Origin: Macrostomum lignano
Taxonomy: Eukaryota
Assembly (NCBI GenBank): GCA_002269645.1
Contig: NIVC01001310.1
Location: forward strand, 248,001-312,000
Reading direction: 5' to 3'
Length of the DNA stretch: 64,000 nucleotides
The notes under the pieces were generated by a model, which made no database searches, was not told the DNA's origin, and worked only from the letters and a program-made list of their open reading frames with translations. The translations under genes and the position numbers were made by a program. Positions within the stretch are counted from its first letter, which is position 1. Each line of letters begins with the position of its first letter. This document shows positions 46,661 to 58,885 of the stretch, piece by piece.

Positions 46661-49600
46661 CTAGTCTACCACAATTTAAAGTGGCTAGATTAGCCTGGTC
46701 AGACAGCATTTGCACATAATATATACTTGTATTTAAAACAATAGTGGCATGGTGCAATCTTTTCAAAGTCTAAAATAAGTATGCTATATAATCCATGCTA
46801 TATACCAAAATTCAAGCATATATGCACCACAAGACTTTTTAAAAAAATTGTGCTAGCATGCACTAGGCCTAGCTGTCAAATGCTTGCCAGAAATTTCTAG
46901 CACAAATTATATGATCTTATATATGATGGCTTGTGTTGTATAAGCCAAGGAGATTGCACATGTATAATAAGCAATAATACAAAATCACATTGGTAACTTG
47001 CTTGAAACCATAGTAATAGTAAGCCAGCCAATATGTAAATTAATAATCCTTATATAAGAATATATAACTACTATGTATCTACTAACCTATCTAGATGACT
47101 AGAGGGGCGCATGACTAAGACCGCCACACACCAAAACCACCACAGCTATTACTGGCTACTAGTATTAAGGGGGAGCTACCAATCTTCTAGTATTACTATT
47201 CCTCTCATAGGTTCTTTTCTTGCTGCTGGCTCTCCTACCCACTTATCTCCTCTCTAGCACTATCTAATAATATATAAATTCAAATTTCTCCCTTAGCTCT
47301 CCAAGTGTGGCAGACAGTCTTGGTCCTACACCTCTAGAGGCCCTTTAAAATTAAACTAATGTAGACCAAGGATTCAAGGAAGAGCAAAAAGAAAAGAGCA
47401 GACATGGCAAGCAAAAGAAAATTTAGTCTAGAAAAGCAAATATAGAAAAGACAAAACAAAACAACAAATTTAAAAAAATGAATAGGCCTAAAAAAACTAA
47501 AGTAGGCCTATGTTAGTTATAGATAGCAGATAATTTCAAAGGTTGCATTTATGTTATGATGATTTTTATTAAGGCAAAAGGTAGGGCTGTAGCAATATAA
47601 GATTTATATTTAATTATAAATTATATTGCCTAAGTTCAATAAACTTATTATAGATCATTTTAATTCAATAAAAAAGGTGATAGGCCTAATAGAATCATTC
47701 ATGTCATACTATAATGGAATCCTTTAACCAGAGCCATAGGGCATAAAATAATAGTACTAGTAGCGTAGCTGTCTACTAATAGGCCCTCTAGGCTTATTTC
47801 AATAGGGCATAGGCCATAGGACATAGGCCTAGGCCTATGCATAGCCTGTAGCCCTATAGCCATGGGATTAGGCCTAGCTAGGCCTAGTGGCTAGCTAAAA
47901 AAGCTTTTTCATTTGTTTTCCATTTATATATATCTATAACTGCTTTAAACAAATAGGTAACCATTTATTATAGAAGTTGTAGGCTTATTCCAAATAAAGT
48001 TTGAATATCTTGCAAAAACATTACCAAACAAAATTTCAACTCAAATCAAATCCATTGATGTAGGGCCTAACTCATTGAAATTGAGATAATGAGGTAGCTT
48101 TCTTGACTTCATTGAATAATTAAATCAAAGCTTTGAAAAATAGCCTAGCGGTTGAATAATGAAGATAAAGATCCAGCCTCCCACTCTATTATCAAATTAT
48201 TCAGTCAGATCGAAAGCGCAGAGCCTAGAGTATGAGAGTTCACAAATTCTAATCTTTAGCAAACACGTTTTGAAATAGTGCACAGTTTTTTATATCTTCG
48301 TTAAAACGCGATCGTGAACTTAAAATATTCGATCGATTACCATTATCATTTTATCAACATGACTAGAGGAAACGTCAACTTAAATCCGAAGTTAGGCTCT
48401 AAACCGCTCGCAGCGGTAGGCAAGCATGCCTGTGAAATATGAAACAGACGTTAGGCCTATGGGCTGTTGTCTGCGTCGATGTTTCACACCTGCTCAGCCT
48501 CTTCCAAAGCGTCCCGCGAGTGTTCAACGTGGACCCTAGGACCACTGGACAGACTGGGAAACGGCGCCGGTCACCCTTCCGTGGCTTTGGCCTTGAGCCT
48601 TAGCCGCTAAGGGTACGGGTTATCCCGCGGTGCGCCTACCTGTCGTTTTCCTTTGACCGTAACAGCTGGTACGCAGCTAGACTGCGGGACCTGGCACTGC
48701 TATACTGCCCTCAATGCCTAAGGTATTGACCGCGCCGAAGGGCTGAAGATCGGGGAGCAAAACCGACCGCTGTAGCTAGCGGTTTTCTTTTTTATTTTTT
48801 CCACCCTTCTTTCGTGACTCTGCTCACCCTTTCCCGCTTTCAGCCGTGGCTTCTACGGCCTCAAACAAATCCCGCTGAAGCCGGGAGGGACCCCGGCAAC
48901 TCCGGCCAGAGCAACTCCGTTCTACCGGGGCATGTTGGGCTCGCCGCCGGCTCGTCAGGCGACAAGCCCGCATGCGCAACCGGGCCCTCCGTGGAGGCCC
49001 GAAGTGCCCACAATCAAACGTCGCAATTAGCGGCGACGGCGACACCGAGACAGGGAAGCTGCGGGTCGGCCACCTGCGAAGGGGAAACCTCGGGAGGTCG
49101 AAAGCTGCTGTTGGGCCGAAAGGAGCCAGCGACCCCTGCCCACCCCCCCCCCCAGCAAAAAACCCCCGTTTGATGTGCCACCCAGAAAACCTGCCATCAG
49201 CGTGACCGAGCCTTCGTGAGCTGCCGCTGCCACCAACTACGCCTCAAAACTCAAAGCTCCAACAAGCTCCTCCTCTTCGGGGAGGAGCAAGGACCTCACT
49301 GCTGATCAACTCGACAGTGCCCATCATGGCGCACCTTTGATGCTGCGCTTATGACCAGCCAAGATCGAAGGCCGCATCTTTATCTGGTGCAACTCGGAGG
49401 CGATCCTGCCAAAGCTGCATGCACCCTGACCTCGAGGTCAACGGGATCCTATACACCACGGCACTTCCCGTACGGAGAAGGGGACCATGCACAGTGATCC
49501 TAGGGCTCTCTAACGCTTGGGCTAAGCGCTTGCCGCCTAAGCCACAATTCAGCTTGGTCTAACTCAGCTGACCATCCTCCGTTGCGAGGAGCGGAAAGCT

Positions 49601-50719
49601 GACGAAGCCAAGCATGCTGAGGCTTCCGAAACCGGAACTGGGGCCCAGGCTCCTCCGGTAAAGAAGCTGAGGCAAACGGCTGACTCAAGCCCGGTAAGGC
49701 AGTCCGCGCTGCTGAAACCAGCAATCGCAACCGCAAACCTGCCAGGAGCACCCGGAGGTGCGGTCTGATTCAGCGCGCGCTGAGCGCCTCCGGGCGCTCC
49801 GCGGGTCCGCGATAGGGTGTTCTAATAGATGTTTGGTAGATCAGTGGTTCAAGGCAGCTTTAACCCCCAAGGTGTAGCCCCTCCTAGATTCGTCTTTGAT
49901 TGCAGGTACATGTATAATTAACAGCAGGTGTGTTTATTTGCATGTAAATGTGCATTTACATGCTTCACAGCCTTTAAGGTACATGTACGATAGTCTACTA
50001 CATGAATATGCAGTTAATAGATCGATCAGCCTTGCATATGAATACTGTCGTGACTGCTGAAGCACAAACAGGAAGTTCTGGATTATCCTACATCAACAGG
50101 TTACACTTTCTGAGAGCGGGACGTTAACTCCTCTAACTGGATCGAGTTACCCGCGGTCAAATCCAATGTTGCCAGGGAAAGCTGCTGTTAATGAGAAGCG
50201 AGCCATCTGTGCGCACGCCAAAACTCGATCGATGGACACAAGCAGAATCATAATTTACTCGTATCTACATTGTTCTGTTTGTTTGTGCCGAAGGCTAGTA
50301 AGAAATTTTACATTCGAGTAAGGCCTATACCTATGTAAGTGGCCCAAGTGGTGCAAGTTACACTAAAGAATACGTGTAACTACGAGCTACCTCGTCATGC
50401 ATGTATTTCTGCTCAAGCTAAAGGATTCTACCGAAGTAAATTTAGTTTGCTAGAGTGCAGTGGAAAATGTTTCAAAGAGAGGGAAAACCGCAGTTTAAAA
50501 ATAGAATCGTCTTAAAAATAGTCTCGTAGCTCCAAGTTCAATTACATGTAAATTGTTGTACATGTAACATGTTAGTTACGGAATTACGGAGAAAATATAG
50601 AAGAAACAGTTCAAAGTGCAGCTGTGGAAAAATTGCTTAAAAATATGATCAAAATTTCAAAAGATACAAACTCATAAGGTAAAAATTGAAACTGTCAGAA
50701 GAAAATAAATAAGGAATCC

Positions 50720-51250
50720 TCAGTACATGATGCTGCTTAAGTCCCTAGGTCGACGGCCCCGATCAACTTCATCATCGTCATCGCTGTCTGCATAGACGCT
50801 CCTGTTCTTATCCGCTCTGTTGTTGGGTCTGCTGGCAGCGGAGGTGGTCCGGGACCCCCGACCCGCAGATCGGGCCCGAGATTCGCCAGCCGTTCCAGTC
50901 CCAGACACCCGCACTGTTGGTTCCTCCAGATCATTGTCAGCTCGAGTTCGAGTTGATTTGCCGCTTCCATTTCGACTGGGACGCGATCGAGCGCTTTGAA
51001 GTCGTCGACTAGGCTGCTCCTGCTGCGACTCTGACGTCGGTTTTGGCTCCTTAGACTCGCTTGAAGGCGACGACGGTTTCGCAGCATCGGCAGGCTGAGC
51101 CGTTCGATTTTTGGTCGAAGATTTCGGGGATTTTTCTTTAGAGCGATCAGTGCGAGATTCGCTCTTTCGGGCAGCAGCACTGGCCCTGTCGCTTGACGCA
51201 GGCTGAGCAGTGGAATCATCTCGGCTGCTTTTTAGTTTCCTGGTGATGAA
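50720..51250 (-). CDS. Ser/Arg/Lys-rich terminal coding exon of unknown protein (possibly the 3' end of the FAM216-like gene)
   Basis: Long GC-rich open frame in AT-rich surroundings ending DLSSIMY*. A probable small upstream exon at ~51355-51445. Confidence 0.5.
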   Translation of the reverse strand, partial: FITRKLKSSRDDSTAQPASSDRASAAARKSESRTDRSKEKSPKSSTKNRTAQPADAAKPSSPSSESKEPKPTSESQQEQPSRRLQSARSRPSRNGSGKSTRTRADNDLEEPTVRVSGTGTAGESRARSAGRGSRTTSAASRPNNRADKNRSVYADSDDDDEVDRGRRPRDLSSIMY

Positions 51251-52477
51251 GGAGTTACATTTGCATACACTTTTGCTTTTCAGCATAATTTTTCATTATA
51301 ATTGAAGGTATAATGTGTCAAATTACAGTTGGCATTCTCAGCAAAATATTCACCTGGATCTCCAAATCTTCGGATTTGTCTCGAACAGTCGCTTGTGGTT
51401 GCCGTAAATCCAACCTGAATAGCGCTTGTGACTGTCTTCTCGGCCGCCGCCTGGATGGAGTCAAAATTTGTCCATGAATCAGTTATTGCACGATTTACGG
51501 GTAAAAGATAAAAAACTGACTAAATTCAGGTGGAAAAGAAGATAATATTCAATATTATTCGATCATTTAAGTGAAAAGTATAAGGACGCTATATATACTT
51601 GCAAAACCAAGCAAATTGCGGCGAAATTAAACTCGATCCTGTCTCCTAGCGCATGTTTAAAAATAGTTCCATCTGGTTAGATTGTTGTTGTTAAACGGGG
51701 TGGGAAGCCGGGGGCTACCCGCGGATCAGCCCTGAGAGGGGCTCTGCCGCTGAGGGGCACTACCAGGGGCATAAAGCCCGAGATACCCGCCTGATTGGAC
51801 CCCGCCGTCTAGGCCAGGGGAATTTTGGAGGCTACTAATCCAAGCCTATGGTACAAGACACCGCCAACCCAATATTAGTGGAATCAGGGACGGAGCTAGG
51901 ACCGAGTCCACCCAGGCCACCACCGAGCAGACAAATCCCGGGAGTGCGCGAAAAAACAGAATTGGAATTGAAAATGTTTGGCATACTACTGAAAGCAGTC
52001 CAAGAGCGGGGAAACCCAGAAGTCTTGGAAATTGCTTAACTATTGGAGCGAGTCTGGAATGCTTGTATCCGAGGGCGAGTCTCCTATCAAGCAAAATATT
52101 GCGACTACCTATAGGGCTGCAAGCCACAAGGGTATCACCTAACCAGCTCTATATTGGAGGCCAGGCCAAGGGGGCGGAGAGGGGCACAAGGGGCGGGTCG
52201 GCCATTGTGGTGCCATTTGACGCCAAGCGGAAAGATTTGCGCTGTGCCGATCTGCTTTTATGTTTTCTTATTTTTCTTAGAAAATATATTTTGAGACGTG
52301 AAAACTCAAGGCGACGCTGCGGCGGCAGCTCATGGATTCGGCGCCTTTGGGGCTGCTCCATGCGGCCCTTCAAGCTGACCAAGGCCCTGAAAAAGGGGAC
52401 TCAGCTGCAATGCCTGTCCTCCATCCTGCGCCAGCGACGACGCCACGTGATCCGAGCCAAGTGCTACTGTTTCCAGC

Positions 52478-53559
52478 CTATACAGCTGTTTCAGCCGCTC
52501 GTAGAGGACGTCCAGCGCTGCTCACCCTACAGGGCCTATTTAGGCGGGGCCAAATGCGAACCCGTCCATACGTGGGCTCCCTGTTGCGCGACGCGAGTGC
52601 ATACTTGAATATTTAAAATAAAATATGCAAATAATATTTGAAATCCCATACCTTTGAGCAACTCGCTCATGAGCAAGCCATAGTAACTGTTGCTAAGCGA
52701 CCGCTTGGTGTCGTCGAGACTGTAGATCTGAGCAATCGAATGCAAGTAGCTTCTCTGCCCTCGACTGAGTTCGGGATGGTTCAGTTCCGGGACTTTATTC
52801 AGAGTGTTCTTAGGCACGCAGAAGCGAGACTGGATGCGATGAGGCGGCTCAAGACAGGGCGGTATCAGGCCAGGCTGCCAGGTGTGCCGACCACTTTGGG
52901 ATCCTGCGGAGGGGGAGTATACATGCAGTTCGGCAGGTACATGTACAGTAAAAAGATTTTTTTAATCAATGCATAGCCATAAAATAGTTAGGTAGGGTAC
53001 CAGCCCCAGTTCACTACAATAAGAGGAGCCACTGTTCCCCTAAATCAATCCGACGTCACTGACGAATATGTACTTTTACATTACATCGACGGATAATGAC
53101 GTCATACGTCGCCTGAACGTCGGTGTAATGCAAAAGTACATATTTGTCAGCGACGTCGTTAGACATTCGAAACGTCGGCCTGTATCTGCATCGAGCCTAG
53201 CCACATTGGTGATGCAGGAAATAGTAAACTCTCAGCACTATAAGGTCTTATTTGAGGAACTCATTAAAGAGTAACTATGCAACCTAAACATGCCTGGAGT
53301 CTGCGGTATTAAAGTAATCGCATTTTCCCGTGTCGCAGACGCGGCAGGGATCCATTCGTTCTTGTCCGCACCGCCGCGTTCAGTGAAATCTGCAAGATCA
53401 GTTTGCAGCAAAGAGTACATTCGATGAGCTTGAGAACTTACTAACTGAGCCTCTGCTAGTGCTCAGGGCCGCCAGTAGGTCAAGAAACTCCTCCTGGTCG
53501 GCTGTCTCCGACCTGCGCGAGCTGCTACCAGCCATCTGGTCTCGTCGACTGTTCGACAT
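52478..53559 (-). CDS. FAM216-like protein (multi-exon; 3' end uncertain)
   Basis: Exons ~53559-53448, ~53390-53295, ~52895-52650 and ~52600-. Contains LNHPELSRGQRSYLHSIAQIYS, resembling (from recall) the HPDLTxGQxRYLxSIxxIY motif of FAM216A/B. Confidence 0.5.
53052..53158. repeat. ~40-bp-arm inverted repeat (hairpin / mini-MITE)
   Basis: gacgtcactgacgaatatgtacttttacattacatcgacg vs cgtcggtgtaatgcaaaagtacatatttgtcagcgacgtc. Confidence 0.85.
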
Positions 53560-55133
53560 TACTGACAAAAAACTACTCAATAGTATTCTGATGGGGCATG
53601 TAAGTAGAAGCAAACGTTGAAGCTCACACAACGAAGTAATATTTGTTGAGCTCAAATGTTTGCCATCTTATCGCTATATTAGTATTGGCTTAATGATACT
53701 CCGAGGTCTCTCTACCTTCCTTTACCTGCTCTCCGAGTACACAGGAGAGCTTTATTGTTCTTTTTCAGTCTGCCGTCTCTACTAAAACTCTTTCGTTTTG
53801 GCCCGCTCGCGGTTTAATTATACTCACTTCTGCTGATGAGGCGTCCCCTGTGACTATGGGCGAGTTCTTCAAGATCTACAGTACGTCTATAGTGGACTCA
53901 ACTTGATGACGATCTGACAAGTATCGCGCTCTCAAATTCTCTTTCTCTCTCACAGAATTTGGTCAGCATATGCGCTCTATCCCCAGTCTCTCTCCCTCTC
54001 TTCATCTCTTCTCTTTTTAGTAAACCGGCCGCTTTTTTAAAAACACGTTGCTATGAAAATTTATATGGCGCACTCTGCGTTTACTCGTTTGCAGTCTAAA
54101 TTGAGCTGTGTGATGTAAGCACAGAGAGGTGAACAATTAATAAGCACTACTGACTTAAAAGTAGTACGTTACGGTTATACGGTTAGGTAAATTTATTGAA
54201 AGGTAAATTGTACCATCGGCAAGCATTTGTCCTGAACTGGCTACGTATGTATGAAAATGCACAAGGTTACTGGAGCTTCCTAGATTCCGACAGTGCAAGT
54301 ACGAGTGTGTATATAGTTAGTACAAACTTGCACGCTTCATTACATGTACATGTATGCTTTTAAATGACGGGTAAAGCAGTTCAGCGGCAAAGGCGTCTTA
54401 ATATCGCGCCACGACTCCCTGGTTCGATTCTCCACATTAGTTTTGGGCTTGAGCACGAAAGTTTACTAGGAGCTTATGGTGCGATGCCTGACGATTAATA
54501 AGTCTGAATCGCTGTACACCCTGTGTGAGCGTGTGTCTAAGTGCGTGCCAGCGTACAGTATTGGCGTGCTTGTGTGCTCAGGAGCCAGCCGAATGGGCGG
54601 AATCACCTGGTTGTGGGACGATGTCACCAAAGGCGTTGCGCCAGGACGCCTACAGCCATCGAGCGAATCTTTATTTTTTCAAGATTCTAAGTAAGACAAA
54701 CCCCCAATAGACCCCAGAGGGGCCATGGATTGATGCCAGAGATTCATGTGCCCATAAAACTGCTGCCTTCGCTGCTGAATTGCATGAATACCGGCTGGAG
54801 TTTCTGGCATGGTTCATTGAACGTTGTTCTACGATGGCTGTGCCTTCTTAAACGTGCTGAGTATAGAGGCTCAGGAATCAGATCATTGGAAAATTCTTTG
54901 AAAAGTTTTTTGACTTTCCTCTTGGGTCTTTTTGAGTGAGAGAAGATTGTGCGAGAGAGCTTGGGCAGAACAGTTTCCGTTCTGGGCATGTTCGTCTTAA
55001 AAGAGCTGCAATTGTGCGGACGGAAATGTGACATGGACTCAAAGTGGGTGTCGCTCAATTTAAGCTTTCACTGAGAGGGAGAGCATGTTGTGATTGACTG
55101 GCATGATTAAGTTTACTGGATTATTGTATTAAA

Positions 55134-55445
55134 GGGGGTTGTAGTCTAGTGGTTAGAGCGTCGGAATCAGGACTGAAAGGTCGGGGGTTCGATTCTTGAC
55201 CCACTCGGAACAGTTTGTGTCCTTGAGCAAGACACTTAAACTATGCATTGCTTCAGTTCACCCAGCTGTAAAATGGGTGCCAGCATTAGTTGGGGTATTT
55301 GAGGGTGTGTGGCGACCCCCCCCCCCCCCAGTCCATCGACTGAACAGCCGTACGCAGCCTTCAAATGCGCCGCGCAATAGCTGCCACTGAGCTGTCGGAT
55401 TCTACACTCGTACATCTGCCAATTGGGGCAGGTGTAATCAATTAA
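55134..55445 (+). mobile_element. tRNA-derived SINE, full length
   Basis: A box (gttgtagtctagtggtta), B box (ggttcgattc), CORE-like gtgtccttgagcaagacactt, body, AT-rich tail. Confidence 0.9.
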
Positions 55446-55819
55446 AATTATTAATATTATTACATATGCGAATTCTAACATTAACTAGGGCTTCTTCATT
55501 CTCACCTCTAGCAAATGTTGTCGACTGATGATGAGAATGAAACGCGGCACCTGCGGGTCTTGATATGTTGTGAATATGTACTTTATACAGATATTTGAAA
55601 TGTAAAGAGTTTACGAAGCTTAAAAGCTTTAGCTATACTGCACCTGTAACTGGGGGTTGTTCTGCTTCGAAATCGCTTTCTTTTGTCCAGCGACTGCGTG
55701 CTTCTGTTCTGAAATGAGTGGCGGTTGGCTGGTCGGCCATTCTTCTTCTACTTCTGCTTTCGCATTTCACTTTAATTCTGTAAAAATTACCTCACTTTGA
55801 AGAATTTGGCGATTATTTG

Positions 55820-55902
55820 CATAAAGGACTACAAATATTTCTACTAGAATTTCTACCATTCACGAGTGTAATGTCCTGTCCTGAGTTGTTAAGCAGTCCT
55901 TG
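55820..55902. mobile_element. Solo end / mini remnant of the P element at 2085-3649
   Basis: tagaatttctaccattcacgagtgta..gtcctgagttgttaagcagtccttg closely matches the TIR at 3593-3649. Confidence 0.75.
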
Positions 55903-56568
55903 GCTTGCATTTCAGGACCAGAAAGCAAATGTGAAATTAGAAAAACTCTTTAATTAAAGGCTCGTTTGCACGGCCATCAACTAAGGCCAGCATATCTGAA
56001 ATCACACGAAATTTAAAAAAAACAATGTATAACACGAAATTTTTATATTGGTGACCGAATTTGTTGGCTTATTCAGACTCAAATAGACTCAAACATGTGG
56101 ACTCTCTGCGCCTTGTAGGTTGATACTCCGCTCCCTTTATAATATCTTTCACGATGGGCTTACCGAAAAGCAACCCTCGGCCGTTGAGTCTTCACTGACA
56201 GCAGCTGATGGTACCGATATGAGAAGCTGGTTATGCTTCTGAAGCTGGGCCATTTTAAGCGAAAATTGGACAATTCATCTAAACTGTGACACTGAAATTT
56301 GTGAATTATAAAGTATCGATACGAGCAATTGACGATTGGTTATTAGAATATTGACGAATCACTCACTTTGAAACCAGAATGGTTTAGTATATGTTAGTAA
56401 CAGTAGTATAGTTGCAGTGTGAGCATCGTAAAATACTGTAAATTGGTGTTAAGTATGTTGTAATTTCTCTACGATGCTCAATCACGCTGGTACATGTACT
56501 TTAAAATTGAGTACATCTAAGGCTGTCAAAAGGAAACCATAATGTTCATTTAGTTCAATAAATTTGAA

Positions 56569-57215
56569 CTAATTGAAGTCCACTAGACCAGGAAAAGCGG
56601 TTCCAAATCTTGCGACAGCATTTTCACCTCCATAGTTATCTGGTTGAAGAGAGCTCCACAGACTTTTGTCCAAGGAAATGTTGCAGGCGACCCAGTGCCA
56701 ACCTTCTCCAGGCTCCAGACTGCCAGGTTTTTGGTACCCACCAAGCCAGAACTGACCTCCAGGGCAATATGTCTTGTACATGATGTTCACTCTGCTCATC
56801 TCTGCGGTGTCAGTAACATCCGCCATGATCACCAGACCGCTCTCCGACTCACATTTCTGTCTACTCATCGACCAGTTCCTTGAACCGAAGTGCAGCCTGT
56901 ACTTTGCTCCGCACAGGTCGTCTCCGTAGCCAGACGGACACAGCGCGCCCGCCTCGAGTCCCGGCTGCTGCTTCACAAACACCCGGCCTCTCCTGGAGCA
57001 GCCGCAGTCCCTCACCGACTTGCTGCACTTGTCGAACACGAACAGCTGGCACGGACCGTCAGCCAGGCTGAACGCCTGGCAGCGCCGGTTTCTGGTGCAC
57101 ATAGCCGCACATTTAATTTTGTTTGTTATATTTGAGTGAATGTCCGTATAGATGCTTTTTACGCACAAACTGCCGTGAATCGAGTGAAACGCTTGCTCGT
57201 TGAAGCTAGTTGTCA
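56569..57215 (-). CDS. PAN/apple domain + C-type lectin domain protein (first exon not identified)
   Basis: CAAMCTRNRRCQAFSLADGPCQLF (PAN). NWSMSRQKCESESG...MADV...FWLGG...GWHW...WSSLQPDNYGGEN (CTLD with a QPD motif). Confidence 0.8.
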
Positions 57216-57634
57216 AAAAACTGATCACAGAGTATAAATTGAATTAGCAATGTGATTTGTAAGCTCGAAAACATTGCAGGGGTAGCTTAATCTACTACCG
57301 TCTTCTTTGTCTTTGAAATGAATTGAAAATTCTATCCTAGATTCTGCCTATCTAACCAGTATTTATAATAATTTTCGCCTTGCATTGCCATTCTGAACAG
57401 CTCTTGGGGTAACATTAGTTGTGTTTGAGCTGCCAATACGACGCTTTCAATTGCGAGCCTGCATCCAGTCTAAAGTGGATTGCAATTGTACGTTTTTTCG
57501 TTGAATTGCGCATAAAATAAAAACACCTGGGGCAGTTAAAAAGTTTATGAATAAATACTTGACGAGCCAAACCGTTTTCTGACATTCAAATCTACTAATG
57601 AAAAGGCCTATTCAGGAGGTGCTGGTCGACATCA

Positions 57635-57915
57635 CGGCTCTAGGCAAACTTTTTTACCTCAAGGCCCAGATAAAAAATCCAGCTCATGCCTGCGAGCCAG
57701 ATACGAGACTTAAGGAGAAGGATTGGAGGAGAGATAAGAGGCGAGAGAAAAGATAAAAGGATAGGAGGGAAGAGCTAGAGAAGAGAGAAGATTGGAAAGA
57801 GAAGAGAGCTGAGTTGAGACATAAGCCAATTAAGCAAGCCTTAGTACTCCAGGGCCCGATAGAGAGGCTTGGTGGGTCACATGTGGCCCGCGGGCCGAAG
57901 TTTGCTGACCAACTC
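57635..57915. mobile_element. hAT/Charlie-type MITE remnant
   Basis: ggcaaacttttt at the left end and ggcccgcgggccgaagtttgctgacc at the right end, the typical Charlie-family subterminal pattern. Confidence 0.55.
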
Positions 57916-58885
57916 TGACTCGAGAGAAGTGCTGAAATTTGAAAAGTCAAACGTTCCATTTTTTAGATCGTAACAGTTATGCATTGTATCTAGAAATAAT
58001 ACGTAAAGTATGAAAATGTGTTGAAGAAACATTCGTGAGACAGTGTGCTTGTGCTGCGTTGTGCATATGGTTTTGTCATGGACGATGATTAATGTAAGTC
58101 ACTCGTGGCTTCACCACTCGTGAAAAATGAATACCACCATGTTAGTTCCTCATAGCATACAAAAAAACCACGGAACGAGCAGAACCTAGACTAGGACACA
58201 ATTTCCAAGAAAAGGACGCTTATATCACATTAATATTGCAGAGATTTCTAGGAATCAGAATAAGAGTACTTCTGTTGGAATTTCTTGGAAATATTTGCCT
58301 ACCATGTAAGTTAGATATCAAAGTGTACTTGGTAAGCTTTCAACTGCATCAGACGTTTGACCATCGTAAGTTGATACACTAAACGCGAATTCACTTTTTT
58401 ATCAAAACTACGCTCGTAACAACTTGCTTTAAAACATCACGCAAGCAACATGTCATTAGTAGAGCTCTTACTGCGGGAAAAGTACAACGAAAAAAACACT
58501 TTTACGCTCGTACGAAACAGTTTGTGGAAATCTGCAGAAATTTATTTCTAGGAAATTTGAGAGCTTTTCTTGGTATGCACATTTTAGATCTACGCTCTTT
58601 CGCGCATGTACACTTATGAGCGGAGTGTATAGTGTAGCTATACTGATAACAAATACGCTGATCAAAAACGTACACTCTAGAAAAAAACGTGCAATGATGT
58701 TTCAGTGCACAGATGCGAGTGTATATATGTACGCTTTCCTGCCCACTGTTCTTATTCTCACTGCATTTTTAGGGTTTATACATTTTACCCACTCAGTATT
58801 TCGTCTAATTTAACTTTGAATTTCAAAAACTCCATTAAGTTTTGCGATTCTGTACAGTTGACATAATAGCTCGTATCAACCTCAA

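Noticed and set aside
53830-53880. Hammerhead candidate (CTGATGAG)
   Set aside because: No GAAA after the putative stem II and no stems I or III.
55134-55210. Functional tRNA gene (also at 19755 and 31430)
   Set aside because: A and B boxes are present, but there is no proper acceptor stem or terminator and the sequence continues into a shared repeat body, so these are SINE heads.
58464-58475. Match to a flatworm spliced-leader fragment (ctcttactgcg)
   Set aside because: Only ~11 nt, with no splice donor or Sm site; compatible with chance.
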